From Podarcis cretensis (taxonomy: Eukaryota): DNA of 64,000 nt. The stretch's first letter is position 1. Every line of letters begins with the position of its first letter. The translations under genes were made by a program, and so were the position numbers. Below the pieces are notes generated by a model. It had not been told where the DNA came from and ran no database searches. It saw only the letters and a list, made by a program, of their open reading frames with translations. Shown piece after piece: positions 47,701 through 60,576 of this stretch. Location of the stretch: positions 72,168,001 to 72,232,000 of the forward strand of contig OX638153.1 in assembly GCA_951804945.1 (NCBI GenBank), read 5' to 3'.

Positions 47701-49731
47701 GCTAATCATTCCCCCCTCCATCCCCATTTTGTTAGATAAGCCTGTAAGGCCAAATAATACCTACCTATAATCCCAAGGAGCTTTCATACTGCACTTCACC
47801 AGTGATCAATAGCTTAGCATCTGCAGTCAAGGTCTGCACTACAACTTCTGGAAAATGAAAGATTCTTGATTGGAAGACGTGTTTCCGGCTGTTCCTCCAA
47901 GTCTGAATCCTGTCCAGTTTGCCCAACGGTAGGACTGGAGGGTTGCAAGTCCTGATAAAAAGTTATCATCAGTGCTTTGTGATGCTTCCCCTCTCCCACC
48001 CACCTTGGTTATAACGTCCAAGGTCCACTCTAGGTCTTAGATTAGATTAGAAAGACACAAAGCACTCCACAGTTCAGTGGCAGGAATGCAGAAGGCCCCA
48101 GGTTACAACCCTGGCAGCTCCTGTTGAAAGGATCAGAGTGCAGGGGGTCCCCTGCTGGGAATGTGGAGAGATGCAGCAGGCCTGAAAAGACAATACCAGA
48201 CTAGATGGCCAGAGGAAAAATAACCTCCCTAAATTCCTGGGCACTGCTCAGCTTTGTGATATGTGACAGGAAATCTGAAAACTCTCTAGTCTGGGATTCT
48301 AAGCACGAAACCTTGACGCGTGCTTAGTGTCTCTAATGGTCCTGCTAGACAGGGATCAAAGAAAACTGACTCACATTTCTGAGTGGCGTATTGGGAAACT
48401 GCGAAAGGAGGGCCAAGAAGCTAAACGTCACTTTGTTCTTAGGTTTTTTTTTTACTCTGTGACCAAGAACTCTCGAGAGTATCTATTTTATGCTCTGCTG
48501 TTCTCATGTCACAGATCTGAAGAAGGAACTGAGAAATTCAGCCAGTTTTCTGCCCCTGTTTCCATTCCACAAGTAATGGCAACCTATTAGGCAGGCAGCC
48601 CAAGTGAGGGAAGTGGAAACAATCCCAAAGTGAAAACCTTGTCTAAATGTTAATTTTGTCATATTTTAGAGAGGATGGAAGGTCAGAGGCAGCTCATTAA
48701 TATCTTGCAGTAATTAATGCCTTGCTGCGATGGTTGAAAATATCCAATTATTTGAAACCTGGTGAGGAATTTGGAGGGGATCTCTATTTTAAGTTCCTCA
48801 CACATTCCGTCCCACCCCCCTGACACAGAGATTAATTGCCTGGTGAGAAAAGCAATGTAGAAACTAGCCCTAATATGAGGTGGAGAACCTCAGAACCAGG
48901 GGGAAGTGTGGCCCTCCAAAACCATCTGTCTGGTCCTCAGGACTCTCCTCAGGTCCATGTTTCACCAACCCTACCTCATGTCATTCTTGAGTAATTTTGC
49001 CTGTCTAGAAGTTTCTCCTGGATGGAATTTAAGCTCCGTGATGGAGCACAAGAGGGAGGTGTGTGTGTAGAAACTAGCCTACTGTATTGTACTTTTGCTG
49101 CTCCACCCACCCTGGGCTCCGGCCCTGCCCACCACTGGCATGTGGCCTCTGGTAATTTGTCCAGAAGGAAATGTGGCCCTCAGGCTGAAAGGCAGGGGTG
49201 AGGAAACGTTATCAACCGAGGGCCATGTTATCTTCTCCACCAGCTTCTGGGACCACATGCCAGTGGTGGGTGGAGCCAGTAGCAAAGGTGGGTGGAGCAA
49301 CAAATGTTAACGTCCCTCTCCCTATCCATCTTAGGTGAGCAAGAAGCATTATCAGAGTCCAAAGATGCATTCTAGCAAGGTGAAAATACTCAAAAGGTGC
49401 AAAGCAGGGTTGGAGAGGGTGTGTGTGTTCTAGGAAAAGTCTCGAGGGCCAGACAGAGGACTGGAGGGCTGCCTTTGGCCCCCGTGCCTGAAGATAGGCC
49501 AACAGCATCATCCATCTCTCTGATGATTAGAGAGAGTGGTTTGTCTAAAACCTCTTAGTGAGTTTTTTATGGTAGGGGGTGAGGTTCAAAATGAAAAGCC
49601 CCTGATTCATAGATCAGTAGTTGGCCACTACACCACAGAGTCTACAGGTTGATATGTTGATGGATGGAGGTAAAGCCCAGGCTTAAGCAACCGGGACATG
49701 GGGACAACCCATCAGGATAAGGTGAAGATTA

Positions 49732-49988
49732 CCGTATTTTTGCTCTATGATACTCACTTTTCCCCTCCTAAAAAGTAAGGGGAAAGGTCTGTGCGTCTTA
49801 TTGAGCAAATGCAGGCTGCGCAGCTATCCCAGAAGCCAGAACAGCAAGAGGGATTGCTGCTTTCACTGCACAGTGATCCCTCTTGTTGTTCTGGCTTCTG
49901 AGATTCAGAATATTTTTTTCTTGTTTTCCTCCTCCAAAAACTAGGTGCGTCTTATGGTCTGGTGCGTCTTATAGAGCGAAAAATACGG
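49732..49988. mobile_element. pogo/Tigger-like MITE
   Basis: TA | CCGTATTTTTGCTCTAT ... ATAGAGCGAAAAATACGG | TA. Confidence 0.85.
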
Positions 49989-50619
49989 TAGTTACCTTTC
50001 CATCTACAGTGGAATTTGATGCTCCTCTACTTAGATGCAAGCAATTTGAGTTCAATGGGTATGTGTGCATAGGATTTCAGCCTGAGTGCAGGACTAGGTC
50101 TGTCCAAGTAGAGCGGTGGCCTCCAAGATTGGGACCCACTTTGCCCCCCAGCCCATCCAATCATTAGGCACCTAAGGTGGCTGTTGCCAAGGGGCAAGAA
50201 GGTCACAGCTGTGTGTCAATGCACTATGGCAGGTGTTGGGACCCTGTGGCCTTCCAGATGTTGTCAGACTTCAACTCCCATCAGCTCCAAAACCCTGTGC
50301 TAGAACATTAGGCTTTGCATCTAAGGAGACCTAGGTGTAAATAATCAACAAAGCTTACTAGGTGTCCTTGGGTCAGCTGCATACTTGGATCCAGGAAGAA
50401 GGATGTGTGCTGCCTTGAGTTATTTGGAGATAATAAATACAATAAACCATTATCATTCCTCTTTAGGAGAGGAATTAAGCACACAAGAGATTGCCCCAAG
50501 TCAACCAGTAAATTTCAGACCTTTCAGAGGCCTTCTATTTAATTCTACCAGTGTGTGTATATTAATGTTGGGGAGTGCATTAAGCACAGCTGCAGAAAAG
50601 AGAAATACTCTGTGGTACC

Positions 50620-50758
50620 CAGTGCATTTTTTCTGGGGGTACGCATACCCCTAAACATTTTGTGAATCCAAGTTTGGTCTCAGTGAGGGGCAGTATGTCA
50701 ATATGAGTAGGAAAATGAGAGTACCCCTAAACATTTTTTTTAAAGAAAAAAAGTGCTG
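50620..50758. mobile_element. Small hAT MITE
   Basis: CAGTGCATTTTTTCT ... AAAAAAAGTGCTG; TSD GTGGTACC/GTGATACC. Confidence 0.65.
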
Positions 50759-53700
50759 GTGATACCAGAATCTACATTTATAAATAGAAATGTGCTTGGA
50801 TGCAATGACATCTTAATTCAGATTTCAGGTGGCTGTACAGTAGCATTAATCAAGGCTCAGAGTGACAGAACATCTCAACAGTTTAAGAATATTGCAGTTA
50901 CTAACACATACTGCCAGGCATAAAAACTGAACATAATGAAAGAAATTTCAAGGGTAATTGCTTTTATGGATAGAGTAGCTTGTGGCTTGACCACAACTGT
51001 AATTACATTTGTATCTTCTTCCTGATAATGATGAAAAGCAGCACAGCAAATTGGAAGAGGTGTCTCTTTTCTAAATGCGGTTTTAGAACTGAAACCAGCT
51101 CTCATATTTCTAGGATGGTAAGGGCAGCCTCAAAGTGTCAAACAGGCACTTCTCCAGGAATTGCCAGCTTGAACTACAAATATACCTTAAAACATATGAG
51201 CTACACATTAGCATCTGGAGGTGTGAGTGCCTGCTTATCTGGTAGAGGTAGGGAAAATCAATACATGAAGTTATATTCTTTCTGGGCCACAGCTGGTGGC
51301 TTTAAGCGTTTGCACAGCAAGCATTTTAAAACTGATTTCCATTAGCCAGGCATCCTTATTGGAAAATATGCATCTAAATTGCATGTTTATTCAGAAGCAA
51401 GTCCTTCTGAGTTCAGTAGAGTTTACTATCAAGTAAGTTTGCACGTCATTGCAACTTTGCAGTGCAATCCTATATACTCCTCCTTAGAAATAAGCCTAAC
51501 TGAGTTCAGTAAGAGTTAGTCCCAAGCAAGTGTGTCTATGATTGCAGCCTTGTGTGTCTTATTTACAACTGCACATTCTGCAGTTATATTGGACAATAAA
51601 TATACAATGAAGCAGCAATAAAACTAGCACATTGGCATGGTATCAAATTGGATGGGGGTGTGCATGTTGAGCAGGGGCATCTTACCCATAGAAGATAGTG
51701 GTGTGGGGCACCAAGTTCTACAGGGTGCCAGGGAAGAGGCGGAGGCTGGACGTGGCGCCTCTCAGCATCAACTCGCCGCCCGCATCCGCCATGCTGCACC
51801 GAAGCAGCACTGTGCCTGGAGCCTCCATCTGCCATGGCCACCACGGCATGAAGCGGCCAGCTGAGCCAGGAAGTGCTGCCTCCAGCCTCCTCCGCCTCTT
51901 CCCCACCGGAGGAGCTGCCCTCTAGCCACTGCCCACCTCCTCCAGCCCTGCCGGCAGCGCCGTCCTCCCTAAAAAAACTCTGGGAAACGGGAGGCGGAGG
52001 CGGCAACGCCGGAGAGAGCTTTGCACCATGGCGAAGGATATGCTTAAGACGGCCCTGATGTTGAGATTCCTGCATTGCAGGTGGTTGGAATAATGAGCCT
52101 TGGGATCCCTTCCAACTCTTCAATTCTATCAGCATATGATTCTATGAAATAATCAGACCAGAGTGACCAGGCTATCTCACTTCAGCATCTGAGGCACACA
52201 AGCAACCAAGATCACTCCAGGAAGACTAAAACCATTTGCAAAATTAAGCATATAACCACTGGTTATATTCTGAAAGACCAGTACTTATACATTGTACATT
52301 CAGATCTTACAGAACCGTTATGTTAGTCTAAGACTGCTCTAGCGCTCCTGCTGTTGCTTGGAAACTTTGTCACGGCTGTGCTGGTGTTTCTGATTCAAAT
52401 GAGCTGAAAAGTCTCCCAGAGGATGTCTACATCGTGCTTAAGTCACGAGTGGCATTTTAAATGGCTGTACCATATCTGGGACCAGGAGGGATACAGCAGT
52501 GCTAGAGCTAGTGCCAACCCTCGTTTCAAAACACAACTAGTGACATTGGGCTCAAGGGTCCTGATGATAGCAGGAAAAGTGATGTGCTCAGGTAACAGAA
52601 TATAGGGCCAATAAATTGTTCCAATTAGGTCCGCCTTGCCTCTATCCAGAGAATGGAAAAACACTACCGGCTCCTCCTGATCACTGTTACCAACCTTCAG
52701 AAAGAAGCACTTTTAACAACATACAGAGGCATTTTCTTGTTATATTTTCCTCAGCAATGCAGGAATTGCAACTCCTAGAAGATCACCGTGTAACTAAAAA
52801 GTTACTTTCAGACACTGCGTTTTCGTTAACAACCCTGTGATTTTAGTGGTTTTTAATTTTCCCAGTGCTGAATATGTAAGACAGAGCTGTCCTCACCAGC
52901 ATGAAGATTAGATCCACATTCCTTCCATTTGGTTATGTGGCTGAAGCTGATAATGAGACACAGGCTGATTTTCATTACAAGCGAGCACTTCACTCAACAG
53001 TGTGTATTATAGAGGTGACAGACGGAACAATTATCTACACACAAGCTAATGCTAGCACTATATAAATGAGAAAAGGGAACTGGAGCAGTATAGTGTATTA
53101 TGAGTAAGCAACCCCCCCCCCCCCGTATTACAAGTTATCTTCCATGAATGTGAGTAAAATACACAAATAAGTGCAAAAGTTGATAATAGAGGGGGTAAAG
53201 GATAATATTTAAGAACGATGAAATTTTACCCTTTCCCTCTATTATCAAAACTGCCTTGATTTATATATTTGCAGACTGTCCGAGTCAGCAAAATTGCTGT
53301 GTTCCAATGAGAAAAGTAACCAGTGGCGGACTTCCGGTTTGGGATCGCTAGCAGCAGGGAGCGCGGAAAAAGCCGCTGAGAGCTTTTCCGAGCTTCACGG
53401 GGGCTTGGGGGCGACGCAAAGGCACTGCGACCCCCAAAACCTCATGGGGGGCCCCCCTGAGGGATTAGCCACCCAGCAGCGTTGGAGCGGTTCCGAAGCT
53501 TTTTCGGGTTTTTTTTTTAAGGATCCAAGAGCGACGGGACTGAGAAACGCGAAATGGTAAGCTCTGCAGACCCCGTGCAGCAATGCCTCTAGCTCCCACT
53601 GAAAAAGCGACAAATCTACGTAACTTTAAGAACAGAATCCTTAGTGCTTTTGGAGTAATCTTGAATGGAAAATTTGGATTAAGCACTAAGTGAGAACTGG

Positions 53701-55412
53701 ATGAAAAGGGATTTAAAGTGAGGAACCCGACCTGTTGTTTCAGAGCAAATATGGCGCAGGGCATATAATCGTAAAAGAGAAGAAAGGAAGTGACTAAGCG
53801 CCCGCTGTGGAGAACAGAAGAGTGAAAGTCCTCAGCAACTTATTTAGCGAGGCAAAGGAAACAAAGTATTATAAAAGTAACTGAACAGACCTCTAGAGAC
53901 TTTGTATTTCTTTTGGGGGAGAAGATACTAAAATAAGGGAATAAACGGAATACAGTGGTTATAAAGGAGAAACATTCTGAAGTTACAAACGAGATACAGA
54001 AACGCAAGGGGGAAAGAAGAGACAGGAGAAAGGACGGAATAAACAAACAGCTTAAATCTTTACCTGCCCCCTCTGTTTTTGAAGTTAATTATGGAAGTTC
54101 TTATAGGATTAAACAAGAGGGCAAATCTTTCTTTCCCTCCTCTTCTCCTTTAATTTTTTTTTTTTTTTTATAAACCTGGAAGCAACCTCCCCCTTCCTCC
54201 TTTAAAGAAGCTGGAGTTTTGTCTCCTCTCTTCCTGCTTCATTCCTATGAGCTATAGAGAACTATTTGGATTTACTTATGGACTTCAGTTTAAAGAGTAG
54301 CTTCCTCCTTCCTCCTTTCTGAACAATTTGGACTGAACACACGAGTCCCTCAGAGGCTCTGATATGTGGATTTCGGTGGAGCTGAAATATATTTGAGAGA
54401 GGAATATACCCAGAGTATTGGAGGATATAGTTATACATTTGATATTTGGTTCCTCTCTTCTCTCCTTTTTTTGGACCCTTGGTTTGCGGGACCTTTGGCG
54501 ATTTTCTCAGGACTTCAGGGCATTGGGCTGCTTTTTGTTTTTTTGGGTTTTTTTTTGGGGGGGTTGTTGTTTTTCTTATTTTTTCCCCGATTTGTATAAC
54601 CTGATATTGGATTAAGCCAGCAAGTGGCTGAAGAACACAGACCTGAGGAGGTAGAAGCTAAGTAAAAATCTAGCCCTCCCTCTTTTCCACCTGTGGAACC
54701 CGAAATGTGTGGACATCATTGAATTGTGCAGCAGAGACTGGGCTCACCTCTTATCTACCTATTTAGTGATAAATTTTCTCTTTGAGAACTACTTTGATAT
54801 CTTCACTCCTCTCTTAGCTGGAGAGACCTTTTTTGGGGGCTTAACTCTTAAATAATAATTAAGGTATCCTAGTAAAAATTTAGAACTGGACTAACCTGGC
54901 TAAACTGGCTGAAGTTTAAATAGAAAGAAGGAAAAAGAGGCCCCACATAAGACAAAATTAGATAAAAGCTAAATTTCTGCTGCTGTTCTTATCATCGGTT
55001 GGTTGCTTTGTTGATCTTGTTTGGTTTTGATATTGTTTATTCTTTTTTTTATTTCTCTTATTATAAAAGCCTTATAGCAAGTTCGATAGGACATTGAAAC
55101 TATCTAAGTTAATTTATCAATATAAATGAATTTATTGGAATTTAAAGTGTCTGAAGACGAGCCTGATCTATTATAAGTATAGAGTTGACTTTCATACATT
55201 CCTTCTGAATGATTAAAGGAGTGTTCGTGAATCCGCTGCTCGATAATTAATTAGACAGAATTCAGAGTGTGCGCCCCCTAGGGGAGAGTGTCTAAGAGAG
55301 TGTTTTTGAACTCATTGCTCGATAATTAATTAGATAGAGCTTAGAGTGTGCGCCCTTTAGGGGAGAGAATAAGTATTGTAGGAGATTTAATTTAAAACCA
55401 GTGAAAGAGAAA

Positions 55413-56465
55413 ATGGCAGGGAAAGAAGGAAAAAAGGCAGGAGGAACACCATTGGAAAGGAAAACATCCCGACAAGAAGAGATAAAGGACTTAGACATCT
55501 TATGGTTAAAAATAAAAGAGGAGTTCAAACAGAGTGAAATACATATGGAAAAAAAACTAGGAGAGATGCATGAGTTAATAGATAAGAGAATAGAGGGTGC
55601 AGTTGGAGAACTGTCAAGCAAAATCAAAGACTTGGCAAGTCGGTCAAAGGCTATGGAGGAAACAAATAAAAAAATACAGAAAGAAATGAAAGAACAAAGA
55701 AAGGAGACAGACAGGATAAGGGATGAGATAGGAGAACTAAATAAAAACCAGGACCAAATCTTAGACAATCTGGCGATGATCGATATGAAACAAAAACAAT
55801 TAAATTTGAAATTTAGGGGAGTAGGTGAAGAGATAAATGAAAATATTAAGGAAAAAATGATCAAAGAGCTAGCGAAATGGTTAGAATTGAAAGAAGAAGA
55901 GGTTGCATATACGATGGAAAACGCTTTCAGAATTAAAATAAAGACAAAACAAGTGAAATTAAGGAAAATTGCAGGAGACTGCTTGGTTATCTTTAACTCG
56001 ATAGAGATGAAAAATTTGATATTAAAAAGAAGCTATCAAAAAAAATTAGTCATTGACGGCAGACCAATCATCATCTTTAAAGAGATACCAACCAGACTCC
56101 TGCGCAAAAGGGAAGGTTATAAACAATTGGCAAATGTCCTAAAAAAGAACAATATACAATATAGATGGGAGTTCCCTGAAGGAATCTCCTTTTTTTACAA
56201 AGACAAAAGATTCAGGATCGCCGAGATGCAAGAAGTGAAGAAATTTCTGCATAGATATGAGAAAGAGCTAGGAAGAATAGAAGAGAGATATGAAGGAAGA
56301 AACGAGGATACAGAGGAGAGAAGAAGGAAAAAAGAAAGAGGAAAGGACCAAGAAGAGAGAGGTGGAGGAGAGGAAGCAGACGAAGAAGAAGAAGAAGAGG
56401 TAGTAGCAGAAGAGGTAGAAGAAGAAGAGGAGGAGAACAGAGAAAACAAAACCACTCGAATTTAA
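55413..56465 (+). CDS. L1 ORF1p (coiled coil, RRM, CTD; acidic C-terminal tail), intact
   Basis: ATG 55413; heptad-rich N-terminus; NLKFRGVGE and IFKEIP..LLRKR..YRWEFPEG motifs of the Transposase_22-type L1 ORF1. Confidence 0.88.
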   Translation: MAGKEGKKAGGTPLERKTSRQEEIKDLDILWLKIKEEFKQSEIHMEKKLGEMHELIDKRIEGAVGELSSKIKDLASRSKAMEETNKKIQKEMKEQRKETDRIRDEIGELNKNQDQILDNLAMIDMKQKQLNLKFRGVGEEINENIKEKMIKELAKWLELKEEEVAYTMENAFRIKIKTKQVKLRKIAGDCLVIFNSIEMKNLILKRSYQKKLVIDGRPIIIFKEIPTRLLRKREGYKQLANVLKKNNIQYRWEFPEGISFFYKDKRFRIAEMQEVKKFLHRYEKELGRIEERYEGRNEDTEERRRKKERGKDQEERGGGEEADEEEEEEVVAEEVEEEEEENRENKTTRI

Positions 56466-56503
56466 AACACTAATTATTTGTAGACTGAAAAGTAGTCATT
56501 ATA

Positions 56504-59500
56504 ATGAACTTAAAATTTCTGTCGTGGAATGTGAATGGTCTGAATGAAAAAACCAAAAGGAATAAAATTGTAAATGTGTTGAAAAGAAAGAAATTAGACG
56601 TAATCTGTTTACAGGAGACACACGTGTGTAAAAAACATAAACATATCCTGGTACATAAAAAGTTGGGAGTTGGGTTTATAAATTGCACAACGGAAAAGAA
56701 AAGAGGGGTGGCGATATATGTGAAAGAAAAATGGGACCCCAAAGTGATCTGTAGAGATAATGAAGGAAGGATCTTGGGAGTACAAATTAACTTCCAAGGT
56801 GAAAAGCTTAATGTGATAAACATATACGCCCCAAATTCGAACAAGCCAGAATTCTTTAAGAAACTGGAACAAATGCTATTGGAGTTGGAATCTAATAAGA
56901 CGATCCTAATGGGAGACTTTAATGGAGTGCCGGAACCGGAATTAGATAAACAATTAGGAAAGGGGAAAAATAAACAAGGGAAGCTGCCAAAATCCTTTAA
57001 GAACTTGGAAGAAAACTTAGATTTAAAAGACATTTGCAGACACAAACATGCAATAGAGAAGCAATTCACCTTCTTCTCAGAACCGCATAAGAGTTGGAGT
57101 AGAATTGATCAAATCTGGGTCTCTAGAGAGCTTGCATTAAGAACTACAAATTGCGAAATTCAACCGAGAACTCTCTCGGACCATAACTCGGTTATATTGG
57201 AAATAAAAGGTAAATCACAGGGCGGTTTCAGATGGAGAATAAATGAATACCTATTAGAAAACGAGGAGGTTGTGGAAAAAGCCAAAACCACCTTAAAAGA
57301 ATACTTTACCCTGAATCTCAATACTGGGACAAGTCTGGACAAAGTCTGGGACGCTAGTAAAGCGGTTTTAAGAGGGTTTTTTATACAGCAAAACAGCTAC
57401 AGGAGGAAAGTAAGAGAACAAAAGAAGGAGGAAATTCTCAATCAGATAAGAGAGTGTGAGAAAAAATTAATAACAAACCCCAATGATGATCAAAACAGGC
57501 AAACAACAAAAATGTTACAATCTCAATATTCAATGTTAACAAGTCAAGAAATAGAATGGAAAATAAAAGTAATGAAACAAAAATATTTCGAATCAGCAAA
57601 CAAAACGGGCAAATTATTAGCATGGCAATTGAGAAGAAGGCAAGAACAAAGTGTAATAAATAAGATAAAAGTAGAAGAGCACTTGATTGAAGACCCAAAA
57701 GAAATAAAAGAGAATTTCCTCAAATTCTATGAGAAGCTGTATAAAAAAGAAGAGAAAGGAATAGCCCAAATAGAAAAATATTTAGAAGACTATAGTGGGA
57801 AGACCATAACAGATGAAGAAAGATACCAATTAAATAATCCCATAAAAATAGAAGAGATCCAGGAGGCAATAAAGAAGATGAAACCAGGAAAAGCCCCAGG
57901 ACCGGACGGATTATCAGCCAAATACTATAAAGTATTAGAACACCAATTAACACCAGTGCTATGTGACACCATGAATAAGATATTGAAAGGAGGAAAGATT
58001 CCAGAGTCCTGGAAAGAGGCTTATATAACGATGATCCCTAAACCAGATATGGACAAACTGAATATTAAGAACTATAGACCGATATCACTATTAAATAATG
58101 ATTATAAAATCTTCGCAGAGGTGTTGGCAAGCAGACTTAAGAAATGTCTAGTAAATTTAATACATAAAGATCAGGCAGGATTTCTTCCAAATAGGCAACT
58201 TAGAGATAACGTAAGGCACGCTATAAACATTATTGAGTACTTGGAATGTAAGAATGAGATACCCGCGGCGCTGATTTTTATCGATGCTGAAAAGGCATTT
58301 GATAACGTTTCTTGGCAGTTCCTATTGAAGAGCATGGAAAAAGCGGGGCTAGAGGGCGAGTTCATGAACGGAATAAGAGCAATATACTCGAAACAATCTG
58401 CAAAACTGATTATAAATAATAACTTAACAAACTCATTTAAAATTGAAAAAGGAACAAGACAGGGTTGCCCTCTATCCCCGCTTCTATTTATTATGGCACT
58501 AGAGGTAATCACAAATAAAATAAGAGTAACATCAGAGATCCGTGGGATCAAAATAGGAACAAAGGGGTATAAGTTAAAAGCGTATGCCGACGACTTTATG
58601 CTATCCCTGGAAAACCCACAAGAAAGTGTTGGTAAGGCCTTGGAGATGTTAGAAGAATTTGGTAAGGTATCTGGTTTCAAAATGAATAAATTAAAGACCA
58701 AAATTTTAACGAAGAATTTGCAAAAGGATGAAAATGAAAAGCTAGAATTACAGTATGGAATTAAAGTGGCAAAAAAAATAAAGTATCTGGGAATTTGGTT
58801 AACTACTAAAAATATAAACTTGATTCAAGACAACTACCTTACGACATGGAAGCAGATTAAGAAAGACCTGGACACCTGGAGCAGAGTGAAACTCTAGTGG
58901 ATGGGAAGGATGGCGGCAATAAAAATGAACTTACTTCCAAGAATGCTGTTTTTGTTTCAAAACATCCCCGTGATCAGAGGCTCTAAAATGTTTACAGATT
59001 GGCAAAAAACTCTTTCGAAATTCATATGGCAAGGAAAAAGGCCAAGAATTAGATTCAAACTTCTTACAGACCGGAAAGAAAGAGGGGGGTTCTCGGTACC
59101 CAACCTAAAATTATATTTCGAGGCAGCCTGCCTTTGCTGGATCAAAGATTGGATCAATTTGGAAAATACTGACTTATTAGACCTTGAGGGGTTCGACAAT
59201 AGGTTTGGCTGGCATGCCTACCTATGGCAAAACAAAGAAAAAGTACATAAAGGGTTTTCTAGTCATATTATTAGGGGGCCTTTATATGAAGGACGCAGGT
59301 GGCGCTGTGGGTTAAAGCCTCAGCGCCTAGGACTTGCCGATCGAAAGGTCGGCGGTTCGAATCCCTGCGGCGGGGTGCGCTCCCGCTGCTCAGTCCCAGC
59401 GCCTGCCAACCTAGCAGTTCGAAAGCACCTCCGGGTGCAAGTAGATAAATAGGGACCGCTTACCAGCGGGAAGGTAAACGGCGTTTCCGGCAGCGATGTC

Positions 59501-60576
59501 ACGCTGGCCACGTGACCCGGAAGTGTCTCCGGACAGCGCTGGCCCCTGGCCTCTTAAGTGAGATGGGCGCACAACCCCAGAGTCTGTCAAGACTGGCCCG
59601 TACGGGCAGGGGTACCTTTACCTTTTACCTTTATATGAAGTGTGGGAGAAGAATAAAAAACTCCTTGAATGGAAAACACCCTGGTGGCTATCACCAATCG
59701 ATATTTCAGTGATCAAAAAAACCAATATGGAAGGAAAAAGGTTTACTTATGAGGACCTACTAATAAGATCAGAAAGTGGATGGAGGATGAGAACATATGA
59801 GGAGCTGAAAGAGAAATTAACAAGCTGGTTACAATTCCACCAAATAAACGCAATATGGACGGAACATAAAAAAGTAGGGATGAATGAGAAGAAATCCAAA
59901 TTTCAGATAGAAATAATAGAGGGTAAATCCAAATTATTATCTAAAATGTATGATATACTATTAGAATGGGACACCAAAGATGAGGAAATAAAGGAGGTCA
60001 TGACAAGATGGGCAATGGATCTGGGATATAATATAGAGTATGATAAGTGGCTGAATTTATGGACTAGCGGAATGAAATTCACGGCATGTGTAACACTGAG
60101 GGAAAATTTCCCTAGGAAAGCTAGGGAAAATGTACAAGACAGGGAATAAGTTTTGCTGGAAGTGTAAAACTAAAGAAGGTAATTTTTTCCACATGTGGTG
60201 GACATGCGACAAAATGAAGAAATACTGGGAATATATTTACAATGAGTTAAAAAAAATATTTAAATATACATTTCCCAAAAGACCAGAGGCTTTTCTTCTG
60301 GGAATAATTGGGGACGAAATTAAAAAAGAAGATAAGACATTATTCCAGTATGCTACAGCTGCCGCTAGATTATTAATTGCCCAAAATTGGAAAAGCCAAA
60401 GTATCCCACCAATTAGTGATTGGCAAACAAAGTTATTCGAATTTGTAGAACTTGCAAAAATGACACAAAAAATTAGAAACCAAAAGAATACAAAGTTTAT
60501 TAATGACTGGAATAAATTTATGATTTATATTGAAGGGAATTACAAGAACCTAAAAACTATAGCAGGACTGATATAG
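56504..60576 (+). pseudogene. L1 ORF2p (APE endonuclease, reverse transcriptase, CCHC) disrupted
   Basis: SWNVNGL, LQETH, GDFN, SDHN (EN); GTRQGCPLSP, YADD (RT); CWKC..HMWWTC. Premature TAG at 58895-58897, SINE insertion 59292-59627, deletion/frameshift near 60110. Confidence 0.95.
59292..59627 (+). mobile_element. Sauria SINE inserted in L1 ORF2
   Basis: GGACGCAGGTGGCGCTGTGG head, tRNA-like B box GGTTCGAATCC, (ACCTTT)n tail; 13-bp TSD CCTTTATATGAAG at 59279-59291 and 59628-59640. Confidence 0.95.

Noticed and set aside
51584-52135. GC-rich 183-aa ORF or second CpG island
   Set aside because: It ends in GACGGCCCTG (hAT-like terminus) followed by a CR1 tail; low-complexity translation and no splice structure. 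Probably transposon-derived.
55292-58701. Antisense ORFs of 190, 199 and 176 aa over the L1
   Set aside because: These are shadows of A-rich L1 coding sequence with no recognisable domains.
59340-59385. tRNA gene (GGTTCGAATCC)
   Set aside because: This is the tRNA-derived head of a Sauria SINE, not a full cloverleaf gene.
59292-59452. ORF2-SINE fusion peptide (GRRWRCGLKPQRLGLADR...)
   Set aside because: Read-through into the SINE downstream of a premature stop; not a gene.
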